The notes beneath the pieces are model-generated. The model worked only from the letters and a program-made list of their open reading frames with translations, searched no databases and was not told the origin of the DNA. Of a stretch of 64,000 nt of DNA, positions 1 to 12,730 are shown piece after piece. The stretch covers positions 16,120,001-16,184,000 of the forward strand of contig JAQFVV010000006.1 of assembly GCA_028023455.1 (NCBI GenBank). Direction: 5' to 3'. The position numbers and the translations under genes were made by a program. Each line of letters begins with the position of its first letter. The stretch's first letter is position 1. Source of the DNA: Epiperipatus broadwayi. Its lineage: Eukaryota > Animalia > Onychophora.

Positions 1-1204
1 TCAATTAGTTTCTTTACTCTTTTATCCACCAAAATCTATTTTTTAGAATCTGTTGCAAATTTTATATCAGCTGATTTGGAGATCCCCTTCCCCCACTTCC
101 AACTAAATAAACTAAAAATAAAACTGAAATAATATCATCTATGTTCTTTACTCTTTTTTACAATGCTGTTTTGCAAACCACTAGACCGTTTCAATCATTG
201 GGGTAATCAAAACTATCTAGTGGGTTGTAAAAAAGCATAGTAGTGACCTCTGTCTTCAATTTCTATTAACTATGCAAATATAAATGCCATCACTGCACTT
301 TAATAACAGTAAACCATAGACTCAATGACATGGAAGAATGTTTCTTTATCATTGCTAAAAGTCACACTATCTCACAATCAGTTTTGTTGTTTTTATTGCT
401 AGTGTATTGATGATCATCTGACAACTTAAGAATAAACTGAAGCTTTTATTCTTTGGTTAATATTGATTTCACTTGACTGTGATTGGATTGCCTGAAAAAA
501 AAAATCTAAGACTAAATTTAAAACTCTAGACTATGGGCATCGCAAGCAGGGGTGTTGACAACTTTGCCAAGAGCTTCTTTTAATATACATTTAACAATTC
601 CATATATTTGCTCTCCACATTTTGTATAGCATACTTCATTATATTTTCTTGATTAAAAGCTTTTTTTTTAATTATTTCCTATTAATTATAACTAGCCAAG
701 AATTGCACCAGTGTAAGAAGACTAAAATGTCTGACATGGATAAAAGACAAAGGAGCTCAAAAAATTCTTATAGCAAAATGATAGCAAGAGACAGTATCCT
801 TAGATGAGAGGTATATTCTCTGGGGTTAAGGTTTACATATCATAATCCCCAAAAGATAAATTATTCTCAAGGCAAAGACAAAGAGTGTCTAGCAGAGAAC
901 CACAAATTCTGACATGCAAATTAATCATTGTTTTCATTTTTGAAATGCTGTGATATGTTTAACACTGATGTGGGAAACAACAGATAGTACAAATTATACA
1001 AATAGAAGTATCAAAAATCAAATCATTGGCCATATTGTTTTTACGTAAACAGTTTGAGATGTGCTGAACACAGTTTCAATCTTGGTTGCTAACAAGATGT
1101 TAATAAGTATTCTTGAAAAACTATGAAAGAAATGTAAACAATATGGGTTTGAAATAACCATGTTAAAATCAAAGTCATGATTATATATATTTTCTCTATT
1201 ACCA

Positions 1205-1408
1205 CTGTTACGCCATCTAGTGTAAGTTTTAATAATCAAGAAATGCCAGACAGTAGAATTTAATAAATCTCTATTCAATACTGACCTAACCAATATACCC
1301 AGAATGTTTCTAACTTGTGGTTTTCATCAGTGAGGGCTTTGAATGTGGATCAGCTTACTTAGATCTTTTAGATTTATTGACTTTCCTAAAGTTTACACTA
1401 GATGGCAG
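1205..1408 (-). mobile_element. Short HHR-bearing element with ~25-bp inverted ends
   Basis: Ends GCCATCTAGTGTAA / TTACACTAGATGGC; minus strand reads CCCTCA-CTGATGA-AAACCACAAGTTA-GAAA-CATTC-TGGG (decayed HHR). Confidence 0.55.
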
Positions 1409-2106
1409 AATAGTGGTGAGAAAAGAAGTAATTTCTGCTGAACGCCATACTTAAGCTACAGTCACGTGATTTCTATATCATACTAATGACAATTACCTCA
1501 AATTAGAAGTGTTACACATATTTGTTCCATCACAAACATTCTGAAGTTTTGCAATAGAAAGAATAGCAATAATAAAACTATCTAAAATATGAAAAATCCA
1601 AAATATTGAAATTTTAAGTTACCGAATTAAAATTAATCAATTGTCTTCTCAGATGAAAAAGATAGATGCATTTGATATGTGGCATGACCAAAGAATGTGT
1701 TAGACATACTGAACCATATATTTATATGTATGGTTTAAATGTCGGCATAGAGCAATATTTAAAAGCTGAAAAAAAAAATAGAAATAGTTCAATAAATATA
1801 TATATTTTTTATGTAATTCTTTTTTTTTTTTGGAAATATATAATGAAAGTTATTTGTGTTGGATATTATCTATTTAATTAAAATTAAAATTGGAGGAAAT
1901 AGAAATGCATAAAGATTGTTTATTCAGATAAATAAAAGAAAGACATTCCAAACATAAGTGATTCTGATCAGAGTTTTACCGATAATTAAATATGGCTCCT
2001 AAGGAATTTATAAAAATAAAATAAAAAAAGGAAGAAAGAGAACTTAGTGGCTAAAACGAAAAGAGAATGTACAAAACTTACCTTCTGCTAACAAAACAAA
2101 GAGTAA

Positions 2107-2212
2107 TCAAGCGTTGTTAGCTGAGAGGTCAGTGCAGCAGACAGTTGTTGCGGGCTTGCAAGCAGATAGTTGTGGGTTCACTCCGGTCGATGCTATGACA
2201 TATGGGAAAAAA
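2107..2212 (+). mobile_element. tRNA-Gly-derived SINE (long subfamily)
   Basis: TCAAGCGTTG...GGGTTCACTCCGGTCGATGCTATGACA plus A tail; matches 14 other copies in window. Confidence 0.8.
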
Positions 2213-4149
2213 GTATAAAAAGAAGCAAATAACTTTGAGCAGGGTCTTGTCTTGGTTTTTTCTTTTGCATGGCATTTTCCCATGGTTCCTGGATAAAGAA
2301 AAATGCCTCTATCAAGGGCTACTCATGCTGAATCAAGTCATCATGTGGGAGAGGAAACTGGAGCATTTGCAGATACCTTGTTTCATCATAAAGAGGTCAC
2401 TTTAAAAAGCTTTCAAGTTTAGCCTTAAAGCAGACCAGGAACATGAAAATGTCAACAGAAGAAATCAAAAAATACCAACGAATTCTTCCCCTAAAATACA
2501 TGTATGCTACAATAATGTACAATCTATATAAACCTTCAAAACTTACTGGTATGTTATAATTCATACCCTACCTTGTGTCTGATTCAATGTTTGCAAACTA
2601 AACTTAAACTATAAGCTTATAATATTGATAGAGATATTCGCTGTTTTATTATTCAAAAAACCACTTCAGTTACGGTTTATTGGAGAAAAGCTGAAGAAGA
2701 TTGTAATATGCACTATGCGAGTTAATTGATTAGTGTTCTTATCTAGTTGAGGTGTGTGTCTGTTCCTTTTATTTTTATTAATAATTATTGTTTAAATGTT
2801 TTTATTTGTCTTAATAAACCATTTACCATTAATATAAACTTTTTCAAGAAGTATAATAATTACTTTTTCTTACTGCATTGCCAAATGTATACCATATAAT
2901 ATAAACTTTTCATTGTACGTTCTTAATTTTGGTTTATTAGATTTGCTATTAAAAGAATTGTTTTAAGAATATAAATTACTTATGCCAATATGCTTGTCTA
3001 AAGCCTGGAGAAGTTTCATATAACAGATTAATTAACTGACAACAAAACATAATCCAGATCTTATTTTTAGTTATTTGTTTCAAATTGAGAATGTGATGTG
3101 ATGAAAGTCAGTGGATCTATGCCCTGGCACCCTCTTAAATAAATAAAAAACTGATTCTGCTGGCAGTGCAAAATCCAAATAAAAAATTAGGTGAGTTAAT
3201 CTGGAAATGTAGTTATGTTTCGTGAAGCTTTCTAATACCCAGAATGAGTAATGCAGACATAATTTGATTAACAAATACATTAAGAAATTTTTAATGTATA
3301 AAGCCTTAAGAGACCGGCAAACATTACAATACAATATCTTATTTTGTATACATAGCAAGAAGATCCAACACTATGAAAAAGCAAAAACACAATTGAAATA
3401 AAGCTGTTGTCAGAAAGAAATGTGGACAATAACTGAGAATGTCAAAATATCAAACAAATAGACCACGTTTTTTAAACACATTTTCATATGAGATTGGATA
3501 ACATCACAGGGTTTATTTCACTTAAATTTGATGTGATCACAAGATTACACATTTATGCAGATGTGAGAAGGCATACCATCCTCCCTACATTGCATGATTA
3601 ATATGTATGTCCTGATGTAAAGAAGGATAGGCAGGTATCTTTTTTGTCTGCTTAGATTTTTTTCCCACAATGCAGCTGTATTTTTGTAAATCATTTGTAT
3701 TGGTTATATTTTGTGTATTAAAAACTTAGTGGTCAAGATATTTAAAGAAATGATTATATCAAGATTAGTTCATTTCTTATCAGATTTTTCACTGAAATGA
3801 AATTGTCCTGAGCCATGTTGTTATTACAGGAATTTAAAAATTTATTTAAAGTGCCAAGTCTTAAATTAACTAAACCTTTTATGCAAAAGCTTTTAAAGTA
3901 ACAGCAGTTGCGTGATTAATAATAAACTACAATTCAGAGAATTTTTAAAGAAAATTCTAATGTTATTGGGCTATAAAAAAATAATTCTTCAAAAATAAAA
4001 GTCACATGACCAGACTAATGTAAACCTGTGTAAAGTTAATAAAAACTTAAATGTCCTTGTATAAAATGCTTCCATGTCATTTATTTAAAAGAAGTATTGG
4101 TTTTTCTGTATATAGCATTCAGTTAGATACAAAAAAAATATATATTATA

Positions 4150-4242
4150 GTCAAGCATTGGTGGTCGAGTAGTTAGCACAGCTGCCTTACAAGCAGTTGT
4201 CCTGGGGTTCACTTCCCGGCCGACGCTTTGACACATAAAAAA
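4150..4242 (+). mobile_element. tRNA-Gly-derived SINE
   Basis: GCATTGGTGGTCGAGTAGTTAGCACAGCTGCCTTACAAGCAGTTG...GGTTCACTTCCCGGCCGACGC, A tail. Confidence 0.85.
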
Positions 4243-5712
4243 ATTATATTATATCAGATGCACCCGGCTTTGTAAAAGCCCATAGTTTTTTTTTAATTGG
4301 TTATTTTAACAATTTTTTAAGGTACCATGTAAATTAAACAAAAGTTTTTAAATGTGAGAATTATATACCAGTCTGAAAAACTGCCCAGTATAGTAGAATA
4401 CAAAAACTCTGGACTTTCAGCCTGTTGTTTTTGTAATAATTGGCTGCATTAACAATTTTTTTTAAAAAATTAATGTAAATTAAACAAAACATTTTAATGT
4501 TATATAAATAAATTTCTGAATTTTAATAACGCTGAATTAAATTTTACATTATTAAATATATCTGTTATAATTGATAACATTAAGGTGCGAATATATAATT
4601 ACTGGAACGTCCTCTGAATAAAAAAAATTACTTTTTTTATTTTTGATTCAATAGCATTATGACTAATTGTAATAAGTTTTTTAGTTTTATTAATAGTTAC
4701 TGATTATTAATGTCAGAATACAAAAATGCCGTTGCTTCTGTAATATTTTTTATTAAATATAATATTTGTAATATTATTTTTTAATTGGTAGCTTTAACAA
4801 TTTTGTTTTTAAATTTAATGTAAATATGTTTTTTTATTAAACATTTTTAAGTATGTCATTCATCTAAACTATATTAGAAGATTGACAGAACATGAAAGCG
4901 TGGAGCGTCTTAATACTGAATTATGAATCGGCATTTGTGACTGTTTCTGCAGCTGGCTGGGAATCTTTATCATATACTATATCTCTGTAGTTAAAAACAT
5001 TCATACTGATTTATTTTCCAGCATTTTTATTTAATGGTGGAATTACTTCCTTCACATAAATGTAGTGGTTGTGAATTTAAAACATGACATCGGACAAACA
5101 TTAATACATTCACCAATCAGACAACAGAGAAAATAGGGATTTTATATATAAGATACCAGATCTGATAAAAAACAAGTAATTATTGAAACATTTATTTTTT
5201 GCCTTTTGTAGTGGTTATATTATTTATTAAGCTTTCAATATATATATTTTTATTGTTTACATTTATTATTTATTTTTTAGGTAAAAAGGAGATATTGATC
5301 TTTTTGGAGTTTTGGGCTGTAATTTTAAAATATGACTAATTGGTAGCAACTTGAATAACTCTTTTAAATAATCTATTATTAGGTGTTAATAAAAGAAAAA
5401 TGGGATGCTTATTCCAGACATATGAATGTAAAAGTCTTCGTGGCAAGGTTCTGACCCACAGTCTCAAAAAAATTATCCCCAAAAGTGAGCAATTAACATT
5501 TTGGTAAATATTCATGCTTTCTTCTACGTTTGTATTTTAGAAAGTGTTATGACAGCTTCTAAATATTAAGTGGGGTGAATTGGACTTCTATAGAACATGT
5601 GTGTTTTATTTTTAAAACAACTTTCAACCAGCTGTTCGATTTTATTCTGATTATAAAAAAGTATTCCCTAATGGGTCATCTTTCTAAATTTTATATACAC
5701 TATATACTGACA

Positions 5713-6568
5713 TATGAGAGGGTCCCAAAAACAACTGAAATTATTCTCTGGTTTGGGCACCTGTTGTAGTATATACTTTTGCTGTTTCATACTACTTTCA
5801 GAAACCCTTCTGCAACAATCTGCCAAATGACATCATTATGTGAAATCGTGGGGCCATGTAGCACATTTTTCTGTAAAGTGTGTTTCACATATTTGTCAAT
5901 TTTTCTATAATGGCTCATATGTTTGAACAATTAACCCTGATTTTGTGTGTGTGTGTGTGTGATGCCACCTTTTTGTCTCAGATTTAATTCAAAATGATCG
6001 GGCATTTTATCTGCAAGTTCTGAAACATGTGATGTGGTGAAATGTAACCATACCATTTTGTGCATAGAAAAGAGGGCAAATTCCACTCCAACAGTGCCAT
6101 CTCTCGAAGTCTTGAGTGTGAAACACTTTTAAATTAAATTCAGCATGATGCATCTTATCTATTAGTCATATTCACTTGATCTCTCTTTGTGCAATTTTTT
6201 TAAATCTCTCAAATGAAAATGCAGTTTTTTTTGGCAGATGTAGAAGTGGTGATAAAAAAAAATGCCACAGTTATTAAAAGGCATCACTTTGCAAGTATTT
6301 CCAGGCTACTTTAAAAAATAACAAGTCAAGCATTGGTGGTTGAGAGATCAGCAACAGCTGCTTTACAAGCAGTTGTCCCGGGTTAGCAGGTTCGCATCCT
6401 GGCTGATGCCATGACACATGAGGAAAATAAATAAATAACAAAAACATCTTTAGGCTGGTGCATTATATCAAATGGATAGTATTTTGAAAAAGATTAAATT
6501 TATAACATTTAAAATAAAAATAAAAATTTTATTATAAAATTCCAGTTATTTTTGGGTCCATCATTGTA
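5713..6568 (+). mobile_element. Internally deleted mariner element
   Basis: Diverged TIRs (TATGAGAGGGTCCCAAAAACAACTGAAA / TTCCAGTTATTTTTGGGTCCATCATTGTA); broken frames give YSLDLSLCNFF (cf. YSPDLAPCDF) and GWCIISNG*YFEKD (mariner C-terminus). Confidence 0.75.
6325..6445 (+). mobile_element. tRNA-Gly-derived SINE inserted in mariner
   Basis: SINE consensus match; interrupts the transposase C-terminus. Confidence 0.85.
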
Positions 6569-7673
6569 TATACATTAACGTATAATTTGCCAATGGCTAG
6601 CTATTTTCCAAATGTAGTTCACATGATAAGAGTCAAAGCACTTCATAAGTTAATGAAATCTACACTCTGTTGTCAATACAATTTCCATAGATTCGTAGAG
6701 ATTGGGCCTTGGCAACAGATTCTAGATTTTATTTTGCAACAGATTCTAGATTTTATTTTATTTATTAAGCTTAGTTTGTTATCATGTGAATTTTATATAT
6801 AAGTATGTTCAAATGTGTGTACATTTGTTCAAATGGATAGGAAAGTGATTTCTTTCTTCATTATAGCCTAAATCTGGATACACCTTTGGTGAAGCACAAT
6901 GTAATTATAGCTGTCCAAAAATAAAAGGCCACAATAATTTTTAAGTGTGGATTTTTCCATGTACCTCCTACATACTTTGGATCACATTTGATTACAGATC
7001 TTATTCTACTGGCATATAGGTTTCCTCAAATTGATAAAACTTTTGTCTGAACTTGTGTTTACTTGAAGATCTTGTTTCTTAGCAAAAACCTCTAATTTCT
7101 GTTTGTATTTAAGGCCTAAGTATTTTGATAAAGCATTATAGCATTCCATTATTCATTATGGAAATGAGAAAAATTTAAGAAATTTTCTGTACATTTTACA
7201 AACACAATGGCATGGTTAAAGATCACTCAGTATATTCTTCCATTTACTGGATGTAAACCAAGCAGTCCAACATTGCAAAATTATATTTTTGTTTAATTTA
7301 CATTAAATCTTTAAGAAATTTGTTAAAGCAATTAATTTTAAAAAATCACGGGCTTTTACAAGGTCAGGTGCGTCTGGGCAGGTAAATAAACCTGTAAATA
7401 ACTGCTACCTTTTATTATACTATTATCTGACAAATAGATTGGTATTGATATTATTTACAGGTTTATTTAACTAACTGTTTGAGGACCTCATGTGATTGTC
7501 ATAGCAATGTATTCAGACTTATTTATTCCAAGAAATAGATTTATATTCTTAGCATTACATATTTAATAAACTGTGAAATTATTTGCATGCTTATTCCAGT
7601 TTTTTTAATAATTAGGTAAACTTTTGAATTAACTTGTGATGTAACATCTTTTTCTGGCTAAATTATCTCCACG

Positions 7674-7788
7674 GTCTAAGCATTGTTAGCCAAGAGGTCA
7701 GCGCCACCTCCGTACAAACAAGCAGTTGGTTGCAGATGGTTGTTGCGGGTTTGCCTCCCAGCCTATGCTATGACATATGAAAAAAAAA
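7674..7788 (+). mobile_element. tRNA-Gly-derived SINE (long subfamily)
   Basis: Consensus match, GCTATGACATATG plus A tail. Confidence 0.8.
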
Positions 7789-8504
7789 TGCTATTTTTTG
7801 AATTTCTTTGGTTTAAATATCTTCATATTTATTTTAAAGCAAATGCCTAGAGTTGATATTTCAAAATATTTGTCTAGAAGTTGAGATTGATGAAATGTTA
7901 CTCAAAATATAAATATTATTAGAATTTCCATCTTAGCTGTTATCTGAAGATGTAGAGAAGTTTGGTCGCAATTTTACGAAGACCATCATTAATATAATAT
8001 TTCATTTCTTTACATATAAATCAACATAAATGTTAGATAAAAATGGATTATTTTTTGACTGATTGGTGAATTAATATTTGATAGAAGAGAGGGAGTTACT
8101 TGTAAGCTTATTAAAATGATCTTATAAAAGTTCGACTTGAATATTATTCTTATGGTATATATATATATGCATTCAAAATTTATTATTTTATAAATAATTT
8201 AAGGTAAAACAGACTTAATGCCTCTTTAACAGTTGTTCAAAAAAAAAAAGTATTGAAGAAAAATGTATCATTCATCAGATTTTACTATGAAGCTAAGAAA
8301 AGCCAAATGCCTAGTCAACCGACCATAATGATTGGGTAATAACTAAGTCGACTTTTTTTTAAAAAAAAAAAAATCCTGTGCGTGTGTCGATCTGATTTGA
8401 ATTCGAACCTCATTTTGTGACATATAGAGAGATATTATAACTACTATATCAGGAAACTATTGACACATATAATTTAAAAGACGATATATATACAGTATAG
8501 CGTT

Positions 8505-8880
8505 TTCCTGAAGGTATGTGATGATGGTATTTTAATTGTATTTATATACTGGACAATCTCCATCATCTAATATAAGTGTTGAATGTCTTTAGAAAAAAAT
8601 TAACTGTATTTAAATATTCCAAATACATTCAACTGTTAGTAATAGCACATGGATTAGCATATGCACAATGTTTCGTGGGGTATTATTCTCCCCTTTTCTT
8701 CAGGTACTGCTGGCCTGATCAGTGATATACTAGCATGGGTTCCTACATCGAACCTGGACCCTTAAATTCTTGAGTACTGAATTTTAAGGTAACGATCTAA
8801 CCACTAACAGATGAATGTATTTGGAATATTTATTTTTTTCTAAAGACATTCAATACTTATATTAAATGATGAAAATAGTT
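8505..8880 (-). mobile_element. tRNA-headed HHR element, copy 1, with inverted 3' piece
   Basis: Homologous to 18885-19326; minus strand CTGAAGA-AAA-GGGG-AGAATAATA-CCCC-AC-GAAA-CATT-GTG; ~8560-8640 inverted at ~8810-8880. Confidence 0.7.
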
Positions 8881-8905
8881 CAATATATATATATAGCGTT
8901 TTTTG

Positions 8906-9028
8906 TTTTTTTTTTTTTTTTAAGTGTCATAGCATCGGCCGGGACGCGAACCCGCAACCCGGGCAACTGCCTAGTTGCCCTGCAAGTGCAAGGCAGTCGC
9001 GCTGACCTCTCGACCACCAATGCAAGAC
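8906..9028 (-). mobile_element. tRNA-Gly-derived SINE, young copy with TSD
   Basis: CpG-rich body, poly-A tail, flanking direct repeat TATATAGCGTTTTTT (8890-8904, 9029-9043). Confidence 0.9.
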
Positions 9029-9605
9029 TATATAGCGTTTTTTATATAGCGTTTTTTATGCACGGTTTAACTCATAAAAACATTAATGGATTTATCGGCA
9101 GCTGTTCTTCAAAAAGTAAGATTTAATTTTAAAAATTGTGTTTGTAATTAAATTAGTTTGTTTGTATTGAGTAAAAAGATCAGAAATATTTAAAACAAAA
9201 AATAATACTGCAACCTAAAAAATATTTGTGCAAATAAATTTCGCCCTCTATTGAATAATAAGAAAGCTAAACTGGAATAATATATGTCATTTGAAGAAAA
9301 CTGCTGAAAATTTTTATTAAATTACTAAAAAAAAAAAAACAATACTTGAATACTGCTTTTTTTTTTTTGCTATTTAAACTTTCTTTATTTGTAGAATTTT
9401 TTTTGTTATTAAAGTTGTTAGCGTTTTTATAAAGCATTTATAGATTTTGATTTATATATATGTAATAACTAGATGACATATTCGGCAATAGTCCTAAGAA
9501 TACTGTATTTTTCATCAGAAAATAGTAGTTATTAAATCTCTCCTAAAATGAATAACTGAAATACAGGTTTATTATATACCTGTATCAATATATGTAATAT
9601 ATAGA

Positions 9606-9956
9606 GTATATGAGCACAGACTTTCATACGACCCACCACCCTCCACTCCATCTCATAACACTGATACACTTGAACACATATATGTCGGAAAAATAAATAA
9701 TCACCAATAAATGTATTTCATGCTAAACCAGCAATCATCAGTTGGTCCAGATTATCATCTCTACACATATATGAAATTTAGTGCTCAGATATATATATAT
9801 ATATATTAAGATTGGCCAATCTCCAATCTGGACCAATTGATGATTGCTGGTTTAGCATAAAATACGTATATTGGTGATTATTTATCTTTCTGATATATTA
9901 GTATTATGAGATGGAGTGGATGGTGGTGGGTCGTGTGAAAGTCTGTGTTCATATAC
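9606..9956. mobile_element. Family B ORF-less HHR element, inverted dimer
   Basis: Inverted arms, each with (C/T)TGATGA-TTGCTGGTTTAGCAT-(G/A)AAA. Confidence 0.8.
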
Positions 9957-11090
9957 CTTAAAATGAATAGTGTAATTATTTTAATTAATTAAAATATTTT
10001 TGCAATCGTTGTTTATTTGTTAATTATAACCTTTAAAATATAATAATAATATTAAACTACTAGACACCACATAATCACTCTTCATTATGCTTACACAAAC
10101 TGTTAGAACAGAGACAAAATCTTCATACAGTAGTGCCACCCAGTGTAAGCCAGAGTAATCAATGGATGCAAAATGTTTGTGCATAAAATCCCTAACTAGT
10201 GCCTACTCATTTAATATCCACAGACCAGTTTTTAGCATGTGGTTTTCATCAGTGAGGAACCTTGGATCTGAGAGCACTGTACCTAGATCTTAGGATCTAA
10301 TGTAATCCTCTAACACAGTGGTTACCAACCTTTTGGATCTCATGAACCACTAAATTCATAATTTTAAAACCCGTGGATCATTAATACGAATTTTTTAAGA
10401 AAGATTAATATATTTGTAAAATAATGTTCAGAGAACTTCCATTTTACTTAATACGAAATGTACCTATTTAATATATAAATATTTAATTTATATAGCATGA
10501 TGTTTTGTATAAATTATAATAATAATTATAGCTTACTCCAATGTACATGCGCTTTACAGATCAAACACTAATTATAATGAATCTCTCCTTTCCAAACACA
10601 AGATGAAGTCTTTTTAAAATATAGAATGGATCACTATCCTTTTCACCCAAACTATATGTATAGGCAAATCTGAAGCATTTGGAACTGAGAGCGGGAAGAT
10701 TATTATTATTTATAAAAAACATCACACTATATAAATTAAATATTTACATATATTTAAAGTTTTCATTTAATAATGACATATAAATAGTAAAAATTTTGCA
10801 AGCATAATCAACAAAAATCAGATTATAAGTAATTTAAAGTGATTAATTAAATCTTCATGCTCTCAGTTCCAAATGCTCCAGATTTGCCTATACATATAAT
10901 TTGGGTGAAAAGGATAGAGTGATCCATTATATCTTTTAAAAAGACTTTATCTTGTGTTTGGAAAGGAGAGTATTCATTATAATTAGCATTTGATCTGTAA
11001 AGCACGTGCACTGGAGTAAACTACAGTTATTATTACTACTTAATATAACAAAATTATAAATGCTTATTTAATTATAATAAAATTATAAAT

Positions 11091-11442
11091 AATAAACTAG
11101 AAAAAGATCAAGCCCCTCATGTGGTCTATATAATAGCATGCCCTCAATTAGGCTGCCAGACATCTTACTATGGTGAGACTCGGGCTAACATCAATACAAG
11201 AATTTACCACCCCAGGTATGCATACAACAGGGTTAAAAAATAAAAATGAAGAAACATCAATCTTCTGGGACCATCAAGCAGCTACAGGCTATGAATTCGA
11301 ACCCAGTTCTGCCCAAATAATTTACACAGAGAAGAGTGATGTCAAAAGAAAGGTTAAAGAAGCTTTTTACATAGCAAATGATCTCAGTGCCATTAATAGA
11401 AGAGAGGCATGCTTTGCTCTCTCCAAACAATGGACTAATTAA
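11091..11442 (+). pseudogene. PLE GIY-YIG endonuclease, frameshifted
   Basis: NKLEKDQAPHVVYIIACPQLGCQTSYYGETRANINTRIYH then DHQAATGYEFEPSSAQIIYTEKSDVKRKVKEAFYIANDLSAINRREACFALSKQW*. Confidence 0.9.
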
Positions 11443-11503
11443 TTAAAAATTCAAGCGTTTTGCATATGTGTACAATAAATTACAACAGTCTTCATTCAGT
11501 AAA

Positions 11504-11548
11504 GCTATGAGTATAAGATTAGAATACTAAATCTCGAAAGTGCTAAGC
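11504..11548 (+). ncRNA. Variant-core hammerhead (A3-U8, extra U)
   Basis: GCT-ATGAGTA-T-AAGATTAG(AATA)CTAAATCTC-GAAA-GTGC-TA-AGC, ~60 nt after the EN stop. Confidence 0.7.
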
Positions 11549-12240
11549 AGGCATATTAAACAGTATAGTATAATTACAGTTTCTCTAACGCATGGGGAAA
11601 AAATCGTATATTTATAATTACAATTTTTATTGATGAAGAGAAAAACAATTTATTATTTAATCATAATAAAATCCCTAAAGGTTATTTAATTATAGTAAAA
11701 TAATTGAAGCTTATTTAAGTATTATATATATTTTAGTGTGATATTTGTTTCTGCTTGTTTAAATAAGTTTATGGATTTTTAGCTCCAATAATGTTGCTGC
11801 AAGATGGAGAGCTGTATTTATTTCAAGCCAAAACCAGTACTGAGTTTCAATTGTTATGATAGATGAAAATGACTTTTCACAAACATATGCTGTTTCCTCT
11901 CTCTAGTACACTTCATGAATTTAGTGCAATATAATGGTGAAAATTGTCATTCAGAATATAAGAATTTTTTAGAATATGGTTTTGGTTTTGCAAATAAGGT
12001 CCAGATTTTTCTGTGAACCACCAAAATTTTTTCATGGATCAGTCTATGAACCACTGGTTGGCAACAGCTACTCTAGCAGTCATCTTTTACCTATTTAGAG
12101 AAACTAATCTGGGTATAATGAATGAGTAGTCACTAGATAGGAATTTTATGCACAAACCTTCTTGCATTTCATTGATTACTCTGGCTTACACTGGATGGCA
12201 CTACTATATGGAGAGTTTTGTCTCTGTTTAATAATAATAA

Positions 12241-12625
12241 TATCACATGACCACCATCTCATGCTAGCACATAACTGTTATTAAACAGGCAAAAACTCTC
12301 CATTAGTAGTGCCTCCTTGTGCTAACCAGAGTAATCAATGGATGCCAGAAGGCTTGTGCATAAAAATCCCTATCTAGTGCCTACTCATCTAATATCCCCA
12401 GACTAGTTTCTGGCTTGTGGTCTTCATCAGTGAGGATCCTTGGATCTGAGAGCACTGCACCTAGATCTTAGGATCTGATGAAGGCCACAAGCCAGAAACT
12501 AGTCTGGGGATATTGGATGAATAAGCACTAGATAGGGATTTTATGCACAAGCCTTATGGCATCCATTGATTACTCTGGTTAGCACAAGGTGGCACTACTA
12601 TATGGAGAGTTTTTGCCTGTTTATT
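12241..12625. mobile_element. Family A HHR element, inverted dimer
   Basis: HHR on minus (12395-12436) and on plus (12475-12510, CTGATGA-AGGCCACAAGCCA-GAAACTAGTC-TGGGGA). Confidence 0.85.
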
Positions 12626-12730
12626 AATAATAATAATAATGATGATGATGATGATGATAATGATGATGATGATGATTGATGATGATAACAACAACAATAA
12701 CAACAATAACAACAACAATAACAACAATAA
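12622..12730. repeat. Compound trinucleotide microsatellite (TAA/TGA/CAA)
   Basis: Direct inspection. Confidence 0.95.

Larger units (their letters stand above)
10495..11600 (+). mobile_element. Penelope-like element remnant with inverted upstream segment
   Basis: ~10495-10720 inverted relative to ~10850-11060; followed by GIY-YIG coding remnant and HHR. Confidence 0.75.
10316..12070. mobile_element. hAT (Charlie-like) MITE carrying a nested PLE
   Basis: Imperfect TIR CAGTGGTTACCAAC / GTTGGCAACAGCTA; 8-bp TSD CTCTAACA / CTCTAGCA. Confidence 0.65.
10067..12240. mobile_element. Family A HHR element split by a hAT-like MITE
   Basis: Consensus GGATCTAATGCAACCCTCCAGCAGCCACC is broken at 10315 and resumes at 12071. 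Confidence 0.75.

Noticed and set aside
3555-3635. PHD-finger-like peptide (CEKAYHP...YVCPD)
   Set aside because: Needs a frameshift across stops and lacks key Cys residues; too short to support
4254-4300. Helitron/HINE terminus (related inverted piece near 7345)
   Set aside because: Short similarity only; the other end could not be defined
8866-9126. ORF resembling a secreted peptide with signal sequence
   Set aside because: The hydrophobic run is the antisense poly-A tail of a SINE and the rest is SINE body
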